The position numbers and the translations under genes were made by a program. Shown piece by piece: positions 9,335 to 16,543 of a stretch of DNA of 35,428 nucleotides (within the stretch, counting starts at the first letter, position 1; each line of letters opens with the position of its first letter). The notes under the pieces are model-generated. The model did no database searches. It saw only the letters and a program-made list of their open reading frames with translations, and had not been told where the DNA came from. The stretch spans positions 7,184 through 42,611 of the forward strand of contig CAZVCF010000002.1 of NCBI GenBank assembly GCA_964626355.1, written 5' to 3'. This stretch comes from an uncultured Gammaproteobacteria bacterium (GTDB lineage Bacteria; Patescibacteriota; Patescibacteriia; UBA2591; CAZVCF01).

Positions 9335-9533
9335 AACCTTATTATACGCTTCGCGCAAAAAAACAAAATGCTGATATGCACAATTCTATTTTCGCAGAGA
9401 TTTAAAATTTCAGTTTCGGGGGCCAGTTTCAGAGGTCAGACCTCTGAAATCTCAGAAATTTTTGCAATGGCACGCGCGTTTAAATGTTAATATATATTTG
9501 CCTTTGCGTGAAAAAAGAACGATCATCATACTG

Positions 9534-10229
9534 ATGAAAAAACCCTATCTTAAAAAAATCGGCGACGTGTCCATATTCAAAGTATGGCGCGTTGACGGCA
9601 ATTATATCCGCTCAAAAATTGATGAAGAGTTCACTAATTGCGGACAACATTATCTTTTCAAATTTATTCCGAAATACGAACTCTGGATTGATTATGAAGC
9701 GCATCCGGGAGAAACGGACTACTATATCAATCATCTCATTATTGAAAATCGTTTAATGGAAGCCGGAACCGGCTATGGTCAAGCGCTGAATGTTGCGACG
9801 CTTATTGAACAGCGCGAGCGGGATAAAAATCGCGAGATTCAATTATTAAAAAAACGAAATCTTCATCACGTGCCAAAACAAGTGTATATAAAACGGATTA
9901 AATCAAGCACTAAAAATTTCAAAATATGGCTCGTGAATGGAGAGTTAGTCCGCGATCTCTACTATATTAATTTCACTGAAGGAGGTCATGAAAAAGTATA
10001 TTCTTTCGTGCCAAAAGGAGAGGTATGGCTTGACGACGATATCTCGCGAAAAGAAATACAATTCGTTCTGATCCACGAATTGCATGAAAGGTATCACATG
10101 GCTCACGGATTGCCATACTATAAAGCGCATCGCTACGCAAGCGAAGTTGAATACGCGGCGCGAAGGCGTCCAACAACCACACAAAAAAAATTACGTCTTG
10201 AAATAAAGAAAAATGAGGAAATTATATAA
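9534..10229 (+). CDS. Hypothetical protein made of two tandem homologous domains; the second carries IHELHERYHM
   Basis: ORF track starts at TTG 9462. ATG at 9534 (MKKPYLKKIG...) is more plausible. Internal duplication is visible by eye (see findings). Confidence 0.7.
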   Translation: MKKPYLKKIGDVSIFKVWRVDGNYIRSKIDEEFTNCGQHYLFKFIPKYELWIDYEAHPGETDYYINHLIIENRLMEAGTGYGQALNVATLIEQRERDKNREIQLLKKRNLHHVPKQVYIKRIKSSTKNFKIWLVNGELVRDLYYINFTEGGHEKVYSFVPKGEVWLDDDISRKEIQFVLIHELHERYHMAHGLPYYKAHRYASEVEYAARRRPTTTQKKLRLEIKKNEEII

Positions 10230-10296
10230 AAAATGTAAAATGTAAATATCAAAAATCAAAATGACAATGCAAAATTTAAAAATGAATTTAAGAAAA
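10230..10296 (+). repeat. Family A arm plus decayed 5' stub of a four-helix-bundle gene
   Basis: AAAATGTAAAATGTAAATATCAAAAATCAAAATGACAATGCAAAATTTAAAAATGAATTTAAGAAAA. Starts directly after the TAA stop at 10227-10229. Confidence 0.8.
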
Positions 10297-10449
10297 AACC
10301 ATTAATCCAAAACACACAATTTTCCAATTCAATTGTGAACCATCGACCCTGTAATGTCGAACCGTCGAGATAGAACAAACGGAAACAAATCTTAAACCTA
10401 AGATTCAAAATTGGAAATTAAATCTCTGAGTCACTTCGAAATTATAAAA

Positions 10450-10488
10450 TTTTTGCATTTTACATTGTCATTTTGATTTTTGATTTTT
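10450..10488 (-). repeat. Family A arm, inverted partner of 10230..10296
   Basis: TTTTTGCATTTTACATTGTCATTTTGATTTTTGATTTTT. Its rc contains ATCAAAAATCAAAATGACAATG, identical to the left arm. Confidence 0.8.
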
Positions 10489-10583
10489 AAACTTTTAATT
10501 TGAACTTTATTACGCACTGCGGTCGGCCGGTGTTCTCTATAAAATAAATCTATCTTAAAAAATTTTATACTTAAAACTAAATC

Positions 10584-11963
10584 ATGAAAAAATTACTTAT
10601 CGTAGTGGTGTGCGTGTCGTTTATAGCGCCGTGGGGCGCGATCGCGAACGCGCAGTTTGGTCCGCCGCCCGGAGGCGATTTTGGCTCCGGAGGTCCTGGA
10701 AGTATGATGAGTCCGCCGTCGGGTGGCAGTTTCGGCCCGCCTAGCGGAGGTCAAATGATGGGACCTGGAGGACAAGGAGGATTTGGTCCAGGTGGCGGAG
10801 ATACATGCAATATCAATGGAACTGAAGTACCCGGAAAATGCAAAGATCTTGAACAAGGGAAAAACATGATGGGACCTGGCGGTCAGAACGGAGGTCAAGG
10901 AGGATTTGGTTCTGGAGGGCCAGGGGGAGGCCAAATGATGGGTCCGGGCGGTCCGGAAGGCAATATGCCCGACGAAGCTCAAATGGAAGAAATGCAAAAA
11001 AAACAAATGAAAATGCAATTAACTGGAATGTTAAGAGGAATCAAACAAGGAATGAAAGGAATGGGGCAAGGAATGAAAATGATGAAATCGGCGCTTGTTA
11101 AATTAGAAAAACAAGGAATAGCAACGCCTACAGAATTAAAAGAAGCATTAGCAAAAGCTGACGAAATGATTGCGTACATAAACGGAATAAAATCAGCGGA
11201 TGATATCGCTGATCAAGATGCGTTTATGGACAAGATGAGCGATATGCGCGATGTTGGAGACGTAATGCAAGAATGGGGTCCAAAAATCGGAGACCTTTTT
11301 CGTATCGCGTCAATGATAAAAGAAGCTGATCGAAGAATGAAACAAATTGATAAAGATGTGAAACGCGCAAAAGCGCAGGCGGCGAAATCAAAAGTTGACC
11401 TGTCCGATATTATTGCCGAACTGGATAATAAGGTAAATGCGTCTCGCGAAGCGTTTAACGCGGCAAAATCAGCGACGGATGTGGATGAAAAACAAACATC
11501 TCTTGAAGCATTTTTTGAAAGTATGCAAGACATTTACGACACCATACGAGTTATTGATAGCATGAAAAATCTTACGAAAGCAAAAACAGATTGGGCGCGA
11601 CAAATCAAATTAAACGATCAAGTGATCAAACAACTTCAGCGAAAAAAACTTGATGTTGAAGAACTACTGTCAACTCAAAGCGAATTGAAAACGAAATATA
11701 ACGAATTGGTCGCGACGCTCGCGCAAAAACCGATTGATCAAGACGCGATCGTTGATCTTCTTGAAGAAGGAAAAACACTTCAGGCGCAATTCATTGACGC
11801 GAAAGATCAGCTACTCGGGCAAGAATCAGAAATTCCGCAACTCCAATACGAAAAATTCAGCGGACCAAAAATGGATTTTGGCGCATTTCAACAATTCAAG
11901 AAAACGCCAGCAGCAGCTGAAAGTGACAACGGTGGAGAAGGAGGAGAAAATATAGAAGAATAA
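10584..11963 (+). CDS. Secreted hypothetical protein: signal peptide, Gly/Pro/Met-rich low-complexity region, long helical C-terminal region
   Basis: MKKLLIVVVCVSFIAPWGAIANAQ signal-like N-terminus. Repeated GGQMMGPGG / GGFG(P/S)GG units. Lys/Glu/Asp-rich helical remainder. Confidence 0.8.
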   Translation: MKKLLIVVVCVSFIAPWGAIANAQFGPPPGGDFGSGGPGSMMSPPSGGSFGPPSGGQMMGPGGQGGFGPGGGDTCNINGTEVPGKCKDLEQGKNMMGPGGQNGGQGGFGSGGPGGGQMMGPGGPEGNMPDEAQMEEMQKKQMKMQLTGMLRGIKQGMKGMGQGMKMMKSALVKLEKQGIATPTELKEALAKADEMIAYINGIKSADDIADQDAFMDKMSDMRDVGDVMQEWGPKIGDLFRIASMIKEADRRMKQIDKDVKRAKAQAAKSKVDLSDIIAELDNKVNASREAFNAAKSATDVDEKQTSLEAFFESMQDIYDTIRVIDSMKNLTKAKTDWARQIKLNDQVIKQLQRKKLDVEELLSTQSELKTKYNELVATLAQKPIDQDAIVDLLEEGKTLQAQFIDAKDQLLGQESEIPQLQYEKFSGPKMDFGAFQQFKKTPAAAESDNGGEGGENIEE

Positions 11964-11983
11964 CGAATTTTCCGAGAAACAAA

Positions 11984-12015
11984 AACAACGCTCCGATAAC
12001 TATCGGAGCGTTGTT
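11984..12015 (+). terminator. Hairpin terminator candidate after the secreted-protein gene
   Basis: AACAACGCTCCGATA-AC-TATCGGAGCGTTGTT, a perfect 15-bp stem 21 nt after the stop. Weak T-tract. Confidence 0.55.
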
Positions 12016-12087
12016 AGTCTTATATAAATAATTTTTAAGATATTCGTCCCTTATCCACATTTTTATGCGTCATTATGTAATAAAAAA

Positions 12088-12116
12088 TTGACACATCGAT
12101 CGCTTCATAATACTAT
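12088..12116 (+). promoter_or_regulatory. Sigma-70-like promoter candidate for the peroxiredoxin gene
   Basis: TTGACA (12088-12093), 17-nt spacer, TACTAT (12111-12116), about 75 nt upstream of the ATG. Sequence pattern only. Confidence 0.35.
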
Positions 12117-12192
12117 AAATAAAATCTTATTCTTAATATTTTAGTTATTCGGTTTTAACTTTTCACTCTTAGTTTTTAACTTTTAACTATTT

Positions 12193-12756
12193 ATGCTTAC
12201 GATTGGAGAAAAAATACCTGATATGTCGTTCAAGGCATATCACAACGGACGAGCGAAAGACATCAAACTGTCTGATTACAAAGGAAAATGGCTTGTACTA
12301 ATTTTTTATCCGGCAGATTTTACGTTTATTTGTCCGACAGAGCTTGAAGAAGCGGCAGAACTTTATTCGGAATTTAAAAAATGTGGCGCGGAAATTATGA
12401 GCGTGAGCGCTGATACCGTGTTTGTCCATAAAGCATGGCACGACGCATCGCCGTCAATTAAAAAAATAAAATACCCGATGGCAGCGGATCCGACGGGAAA
12501 ATTATGCAGACTATTCGGAACCTATATAGAAGACGAGGGACTCTCTTTGCGCGGCAGTTTTATTATTGATCCGGATGGCGCGCTCAAAGCGTACGAACTA
12601 CACGATAATAGCATTGGCAGAAACACAAAAGAAATTTTGCGCAAACTCAAAGCGGCAAAATTTGTGCGCGAAAATGACGGCCTGGTATGTCCCGCGAATT
12701 GGGAACCGGGCAAAAAAACGCTCAAACCGGGACTGGATTTAGTCGGAAAAATATAA
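12193..12756 (+). CDS. Typical 2-Cys peroxiredoxin (AhpC/TSA family)
   Basis: 187-aa ORF. Peroxidatic-Cys motif FYPADFTFICPTELEE and resolving-Cys motif GLVCPANW. Confidence 0.9.
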   Translation: MLTIGEKIPDMSFKAYHNGRAKDIKLSDYKGKWLVLIFYPADFTFICPTELEEAAELYSEFKKCGAEIMSVSADTVFVHKAWHDASPSIKKIKYPMAADPTGKLCRLFGTYIEDEGLSLRGSFIIDPDGALKAYELHDNSIGRNTKEILRKLKAAKFVRENDGLVCPANWEPGKKTLKPGLDLVGKI

Positions 12757-12795
12757 ATAGGGAATTAGCTTTTAGGGAATTAGGAAATTAGAGAT
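12757..12795 (+). repeat. Family B spacer repeat abutting the peroxiredoxin stop codon
   Basis: ATAGGGAATTAGCTTTTAGGGAATTAGGAAATTAGAGAT begins at the nucleotide after TAA. Confidence 0.75.
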
Positions 12796-12825
12796 AAAAA
12801 AACAAAAAATTAATACGTTAGCTCG

Positions 12826-12845
12826 CCTGCCTGTCGACAGGCAGG
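12826..12845 (+). terminator. Perfect 20-nt GC-rich palindrome (possible terminator/hairpin)
   Basis: CCTGCCTGTCGACAGGCAGG. Related in sequence to the hairpin at 14213..14240. No clear T-tract. Confidence 0.35.
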
Positions 12846-12869
12846 TTAATAAATAATTTAAATAATACA

Positions 12870-13451
12870 ATGTATCAACCAAAAAATTTTGATTCGCTCA
12901 TCGGTCTTGAAGGGTTTAGTGAAACACTTCTTAAAAATCACTTTACGCTCTATCAAGGCTATGTAACTAATACCAATAAAATCTCTGACACGCTTGCGCA
13001 ATACGCGCGCGATGGAAAAAATAATACGCCGGAATACGCTGAACTCAAACGGAGATTCGGATGGGAATTTAACGGTATGCGGCTCCATGAATTATATTTT
13101 GAAAATATGATAAGAGAGAAAACCACGCTCCCTGACGATTCTCAACTCATGAAAAAAATCGCTGATCAATTCGGATCATACGATAATTGGCTTAAAGATT
13201 TCAAATCAACAGGCGCGATGCGCGGCATTGGATGGACGATTCTCTACTGCGATAAAGTATCAAAACAATTATTCAATGTATGGATCAACGAACATGATGT
13301 CGGACATTTTGCTGGCGCTCTGCCGCTTTGTGTGCTTGATGTGTTTGAACACGCGTATATGCTTGATTATGGCTTAAAACGAGCTGATTATATTGAAACG
13401 TTTTGCAACGCAATCAACTGGAAAACGGTTGAAGAACGATGTATGGAATAG
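12870..13451 (+). CDS. Fe/Mn-family superoxide dismutase (divergent N-terminal region)
   Basis: 193-aa ORF with ..NGMRLHELYFENM.. and the C-terminal signature LDVFEHAYMLDY (canonical D-x-W-E-H-A-Y-Y). The N-terminal HHxKHH region is reduced to LLKNHFTLYQGYV. Confidence 0.8.
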   Translation: MYQPKNFDSLIGLEGFSETLLKNHFTLYQGYVTNTNKISDTLAQYARDGKNNTPEYAELKRRFGWEFNGMRLHELYFENMIREKTTLPDDSQLMKKIADQFGSYDNWLKDFKSTGAMRGIGWTILYCDKVSKQLFNVWINEHDVGHFAGALPLCVLDVFEHAYMLDYGLKRADYIETFCNAINWKTVEERCME

Positions 13452-13485
13452 GTTTTTAGGAAATTAGGGGATTAGGAAATTAGAA
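13452..13485 (+). repeat. Family B spacer repeat abutting the SOD stop codon
   Basis: GTTTTTAGGAAATTAGGGGATTAGGAAATTAGAA. Confidence 0.75.
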
Positions 13486-13502
13486 AAACCATAAAAAAAG
13501 AT

Positions 13503-13542
13503 AAAACCCTGTATTTTTGCTTTGCAAAAATACAGGGTTTTT
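13503..13542. terminator. Bidirectional hairpin terminator between convergent SOD and lipoprotein genes
   Basis: AAAACCCTGTATTTTTGC-TT-GCAAAAATACAGGGTTTT with A/T runs on both sides. Confidence 0.7.
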
Positions 13543-13548
13543 ATTATA

Positions 13549-14034
13549 TTATTTTTTATACGAGCCAAAAACTTGTATAAAATATACTTTTTTATGTTCG
13601 TCGTATCGGACAAGGCCTGAAATAAGATACTTCTCTTTCTTCCCGTGTTCTGCTGGAAGCGCATATTCTTCCGGTGGTTCATTCTGCATACTCTGAATAA
13701 CAACGATATATTTTCCTTCCTTTCCGCTATCCGTATCTTTATATACTTTATATCCGTTCGCCAACTGTACGCCAACTCCTGGTTTCCATTGTATTTCATT
13801 CTCGTCGTAAAAATCGCCTGAGATTGTCCAATAACTCTGCCCTTGATACGCAACATATCCGACGACATTTACATGTTCGTCATAATACTTTTTGATATTT
13901 TTCTGCAATTCATCGAAAGGGATTACTTTAACCGTTCGCTGTTCAACGATCACTTCTTCTTTTATTGTTTCGTCAACGCTCCCACAACCGACGATAAACG
14001 CGATGACTATCATAATGATATATAATAATTTCAA
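13549..14034 (-). CDS. Putative lipoprotein, function unknown
   Basis: 161-aa ORF. TTG start preceded by AAGGAGAAAAA. N-terminus (M)KLLYIIMIVIAFIVGCGS has a lipobox-like VGC. The overlapping ORF 13464..13868 was rejected. Confidence 0.7.
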   Translation of the reverse strand: MKLLYIIMIVIAFIVGCGSVDETIKEEVIVEQRTVKVIPFDELQKNIKKYYDEHVNVVGYVAYQGQSYWTISGDFYDENEIQWKPGVGVQLANGYKVYKDTDSGKEGKYIVVIQSMQNEPPEEYALPAEHGKKEKYLISGLVRYDEHKKVYFIQVFGSYKK

Positions 14035-14151
14035 TTTTTCTCCTTGATTATTTCATTTATAAGAACCATACTTAATATAGAGAATATCTTGTTCCTTGTC
14101 AACCCACTGCACTGATCTTTACAAATTCCAAATTACAAGCACCAACATTAT

Positions 14152-14326
14152 AAATCACAAATTACAAGCACCAAATTACAAACCAATCCAAAACACAAAG
14201 CACAATATCCCCGCCTGTGCCGAGGCTTCGGCGGGCAGGCAAAACAAATGATAAATAAATTCAAAACAGTTTAGTATTTTGGTCATTGAAATTTGTTTGT
14301 AATTTGGAATTTGTAATTTGTGATTT
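14152..14326. repeat. Inverted repeat: 32-nt arms (14152..14183 / 14295..14326) around a 111-nt spacer holding a GC hairpin (14213..14240) and the core TTTTGGTCATTGAAATTTG
   Basis: AAATCACAAATTACAAGCACCAAATTACAAAC versus rc of the right arm AAATCACAAATTACAAATTCCAAATTACAAAC: 29 of 32 match. An extra direct copy of the arm words lies at 14121..14149. Confidence 0.7.
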
Positions 14327-14370
14327 TCGCTACTAACTACTTAGGATTTTCGCTATTCACTATTAGTTAT

Positions 14371-14416
14371 TTATTCCTAACCCCCTAATTTCCTAATAAG
14401 CTAATTTCCTATCCCT
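14371..14416 (-). repeat. Family B repeat (inverted orientation) ending exactly at the ATP-grasp ATG
   Basis: TTATTCCTAACCCCCTAATTTCCTAATAAGCTAATTTCCTATCCCT followed by ATG at 14417. Confidence 0.8.
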
Positions 14417-15280
14417 ATGACCATCGGCTATATTTTCGCCAATATTAAATTTTTTCCGGAAGATAAGATATTTTTTAATTTGGCGAAAGAAAAAAATATA
14501 AAAATCATTCTCTTCCCTTCCGCGCGCGTACTACCGGAAATCACTATAAAAAAACTCGCGAAAAAATGCGATGTAGTGATCAATAATTCAGCCGAGTCTG
14601 AAGCGTATGAAATCGCAAAAATTATTGAAATGGCGGGTATACCGGTCGTTGACCCGACTTCATCTCTTTATTATTTTGAAAATAAATGGCTTTTTTACAT
14701 ACTCTGCAAAAATAATGGCATTCCGACACCACACACGGTCCTGCTTCCAAAAATTCTACGCAACTGTTATCAGCCGATTAAAAGAATACTCCGCAAAAAC
14801 GGCGCGGTTATCATTAAAAATATTATGAGCGATAATGGCCAATTCGTTGATCGCGCAAAAACGCTTCCCGCCGCCATCGCGTGTATTAAAAAATTTCATA
14901 AAGGAGACCGCGCGCCGCTCATTGCGCAGGAATATATCAAACAATCGCACAAAGTATATCGCACGCTCGTAATCGGCAATAAGGTGGTTCAAGGCGCAAT
15001 CAAAAGTTCAAAACACTGGAAATGCACCGGACGATTTATCAAAGGCGATTGCAAAAAATTTTATGTCACGCCGAAACTCGCCCATCTTTCCGTTAAAATC
15101 GCGCGTCTGACTAAAATTCCGTGGTGTGGTATTGATTTTATGCGAAAAAATAACGAATGGATCGCGATTGAGGCGAACTCAAGCCCGGGAATGGATTTTA
15201 TAGAAAATGATATTCCAATCGTCTACAAATATCTGCTCAACTATCTCATCACGATGTACGAAAAGTGGTGGAAAATATAG
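14417..15280 (+). CDS. ATP-grasp family ligase (RimK-like)
   Basis: 287-aa ORF with ATP-grasp layout: ..GAVIIKNIMSDNGQFV.., ..PLIAQEYIKQSHKVYRTLVIGNKVV.., ..WCGIDFMRKNNEWIAIEANSSPGMDF. Confidence 0.7.
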   Translation: MTIGYIFANIKFFPEDKIFFNLAKEKNIKIILFPSARVLPEITIKKLAKKCDVVINNSAESEAYEIAKIIEMAGIPVVDPTSSLYYFENKWLFYILCKNNGIPTPHTVLLPKILRNCYQPIKRILRKNGAVIIKNIMSDNGQFVDRAKTLPAAIACIKKFHKGDRAPLIAQEYIKQSHKVYRTLVIGNKVVQGAIKSSKHWKCTGRFIKGDCKKFYVTPKLAHLSVKIARLTKIPWCGIDFMRKNNEWIAIEANSSPGMDFIENDIPIVYKYLLNYLITMYEKWWKI

Positions 15281-15322
15281 GATAGCTTCTTAGCTTATAG
15301 GGGATTAGGAAATTAGGAATAA
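15281..15322 (+). repeat. Family B repeat starting exactly after the ATP-grasp stop; inverted partner of 14371..14416
   Basis: GATAGCTTCTTAGCTTATAGGGGATTAGGAAATTAGGAATAA. Its rc begins TTATTCCTAA and ends CTATC, like the 5' copy. Confidence 0.8.
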
Positions 15323-15340
15323 AAAAAGCTTTATTAAAAA

Positions 15341-15369
15341 AATCTGCGGGGATTCGCTCTCCGCAGATT
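15341..15369. terminator. Bidirectional hairpin terminator between convergent ATP-grasp and CPBP genes
   Basis: AATCTGCGG-GGATTCGCTCT-CCGCAGATT preceded by an A-run. Confidence 0.55.
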
Positions 15370-15402
15370 AACTTTTCACTATTAACTATTAACTAATTCA
15401 TT

Positions 15403-15972
15403 CTATATATAGTAGACGCCGTTGAAAATAACTATTAGGCAGATGATGCCGTTGTAGCAGAAGTGTATCGCGGTGCAAATCAACCATGCGCGCAAATACT
15501 TTCTCTGGAAACCGCCCACTTTCAAAAAAATAATACTCAACCATACGCCGACAAGACCTTGAACAAGGATATGCCACATACTCCCATGAGCAACGCCAAA
15601 AACGATTGATGAGCACAGAATGACCAATAGTATCCATGAAGAGTTACCGATAAGACCGATTGTGAACGCGAGCGGAAGTAATCGAAATCCAAATTCTTCG
15701 AGTACCACGCCAATCGCAAGCGTTATAGGAAAACTCCATTCAAGCATATATATTTCCCCGTTCGTCGGCTTCGGAAAATCTACACCGATAAACATTAAGA
15801 CGCACACAATGCCGTTGGCAACGCAAAGAATGAGGATCGCCCGCGTAATAATGAATTCTAAAAGTCTTTTCCCCGATATACTGCGCTCCTTCTCAAGCCA
15901 ATCCATCAACGAGCCAAGCAATAACTCAACGAATTTTTTAAATCCCTCTAAAAAATTAACTGTATTTTTCAA
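15403..15972 (-). CDS. CPBP-family intramembrane glutamic endopeptidase (CAAX protease/Abi-like)
   Basis: 189-aa polytopic ORF with VVLEEFGFRLLPL (EExxxR), FGVAHG and HFCYN motifs. TTG start preceded by AAAGGAGATCGTTCT. Confidence 0.75.
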   Translation of the reverse strand: MKNTVNFLEGFKKFVELLLGSLMDWLEKERSISGKRLLEFIITRAILILCVANGIVCVLMFIGVDFPKPTNGEIYMLEWSFPITLAIGVVLEEFGFRLLPLAFTIGLIGNSSWILLVILCSSIVFGVAHGSMWHILVQGLVGVWLSIIFLKVGGFQRKYLRAWLICTAIHFCYNGIICLIVIFNGVYYI

Positions 15973-16120
15973 AGAACGATCTCCTTTCTTTCTTCTTTTT
16001 CCTTTTTTCTCTATTTCATTATCTGATACCGCGAGACATCATACGCTAATAATAACGCATACTCTTGTTCTTGTCAATAATAGTATAATGCCATAGAGTT
16101 CTTGACCACGGAATCGCTGT

Positions 16121-16170
16121 AATGAAAAATGTAAATATCAAAGTGAAAAATGGCAATCTAAAATGGTAAA
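16121..16170 (+). repeat. Family A arm at the 3' side of four-helix-bundle gene 1
   Basis: AATGAAAAATGTAAATATCAAAGTGAAAAATGGCAATCTAAAATGGTAAA. Confidence 0.8.
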
Positions 16171-16171
16171 A

Positions 16172-16543
16172 TTATTTTTTGCCTTTTAAAGTGAGAATGC
16201 TGGACGCAAGAACATTGGCGATCTCTATCAATTCTTTAAGCAACCATCCTAACTCAATACGATCACCCTTATTGGTATCTCGCAATAAGGTTATCCACAT
16301 CTTAGATTCGTTCGATGATTTCAAAGCATGAGTAAAAAAGTTGATAAAGTCCTTTTTGGAACTTGCCGAATTGGCTTCAATATAATTAGCAAGAATACTT
16401 GTGCCACTTCTTAAAAGCTGTTTCCCGATTACTACGCAAACTGAATCTTTTGGCAATGCATCAATAAATTTTATCAGCCGAAGGACCCAATAATAAAGTC
16501 TTTTCTTGAATTCATTTTTAAATTTTGCATTGTCATTTTGCAT
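16172..16543 (-). CDS. Four-helix-bundle protein (23S rRNA intervening-sequence protein family), copy 1
   Basis: 123-aa ORF MQNDNAKFKNEFKKR...GKQLLRSGTSILANYIEANSASSKKDF..., the pattern I recognise for this family. 98 of 123 residues are identical to the ORF at 22032..22403 (hand count). Confidence 0.85.
   Translation of the reverse strand: MQNDNAKFKNEFKKRLYYWVLRLIKFIDALPKDSVCVVIGKQLLRSGTSILANYIEANSASSKKDFINFFTHALKSSNESKMWITLLRDTNKGDRIELGWLLKELIEIANVLASSILTLKGKK

Noticed and set aside
13464-13868. 134-aa minus-strand ORF overlapping the lipoprotein gene.
   Set aside because: It is out of frame with the longer 13549..14034 ORF, which has an SD, a signal peptide and a lipobox. The ORF also runs through the terminator hairpin and has an implausible composition.
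14116-14286. Plus-strand open frame through the CAAATTACAAGCACC repeats as a precursor peptide for the neighbouring ATP-grasp enzyme (graspetide-like).
   Set aside because: The frame opens right after a TGA and has no ATG/GTG/TTG start until near its end. The repeats have a matching inverted partner, so they are better explained as repeat-element arms.
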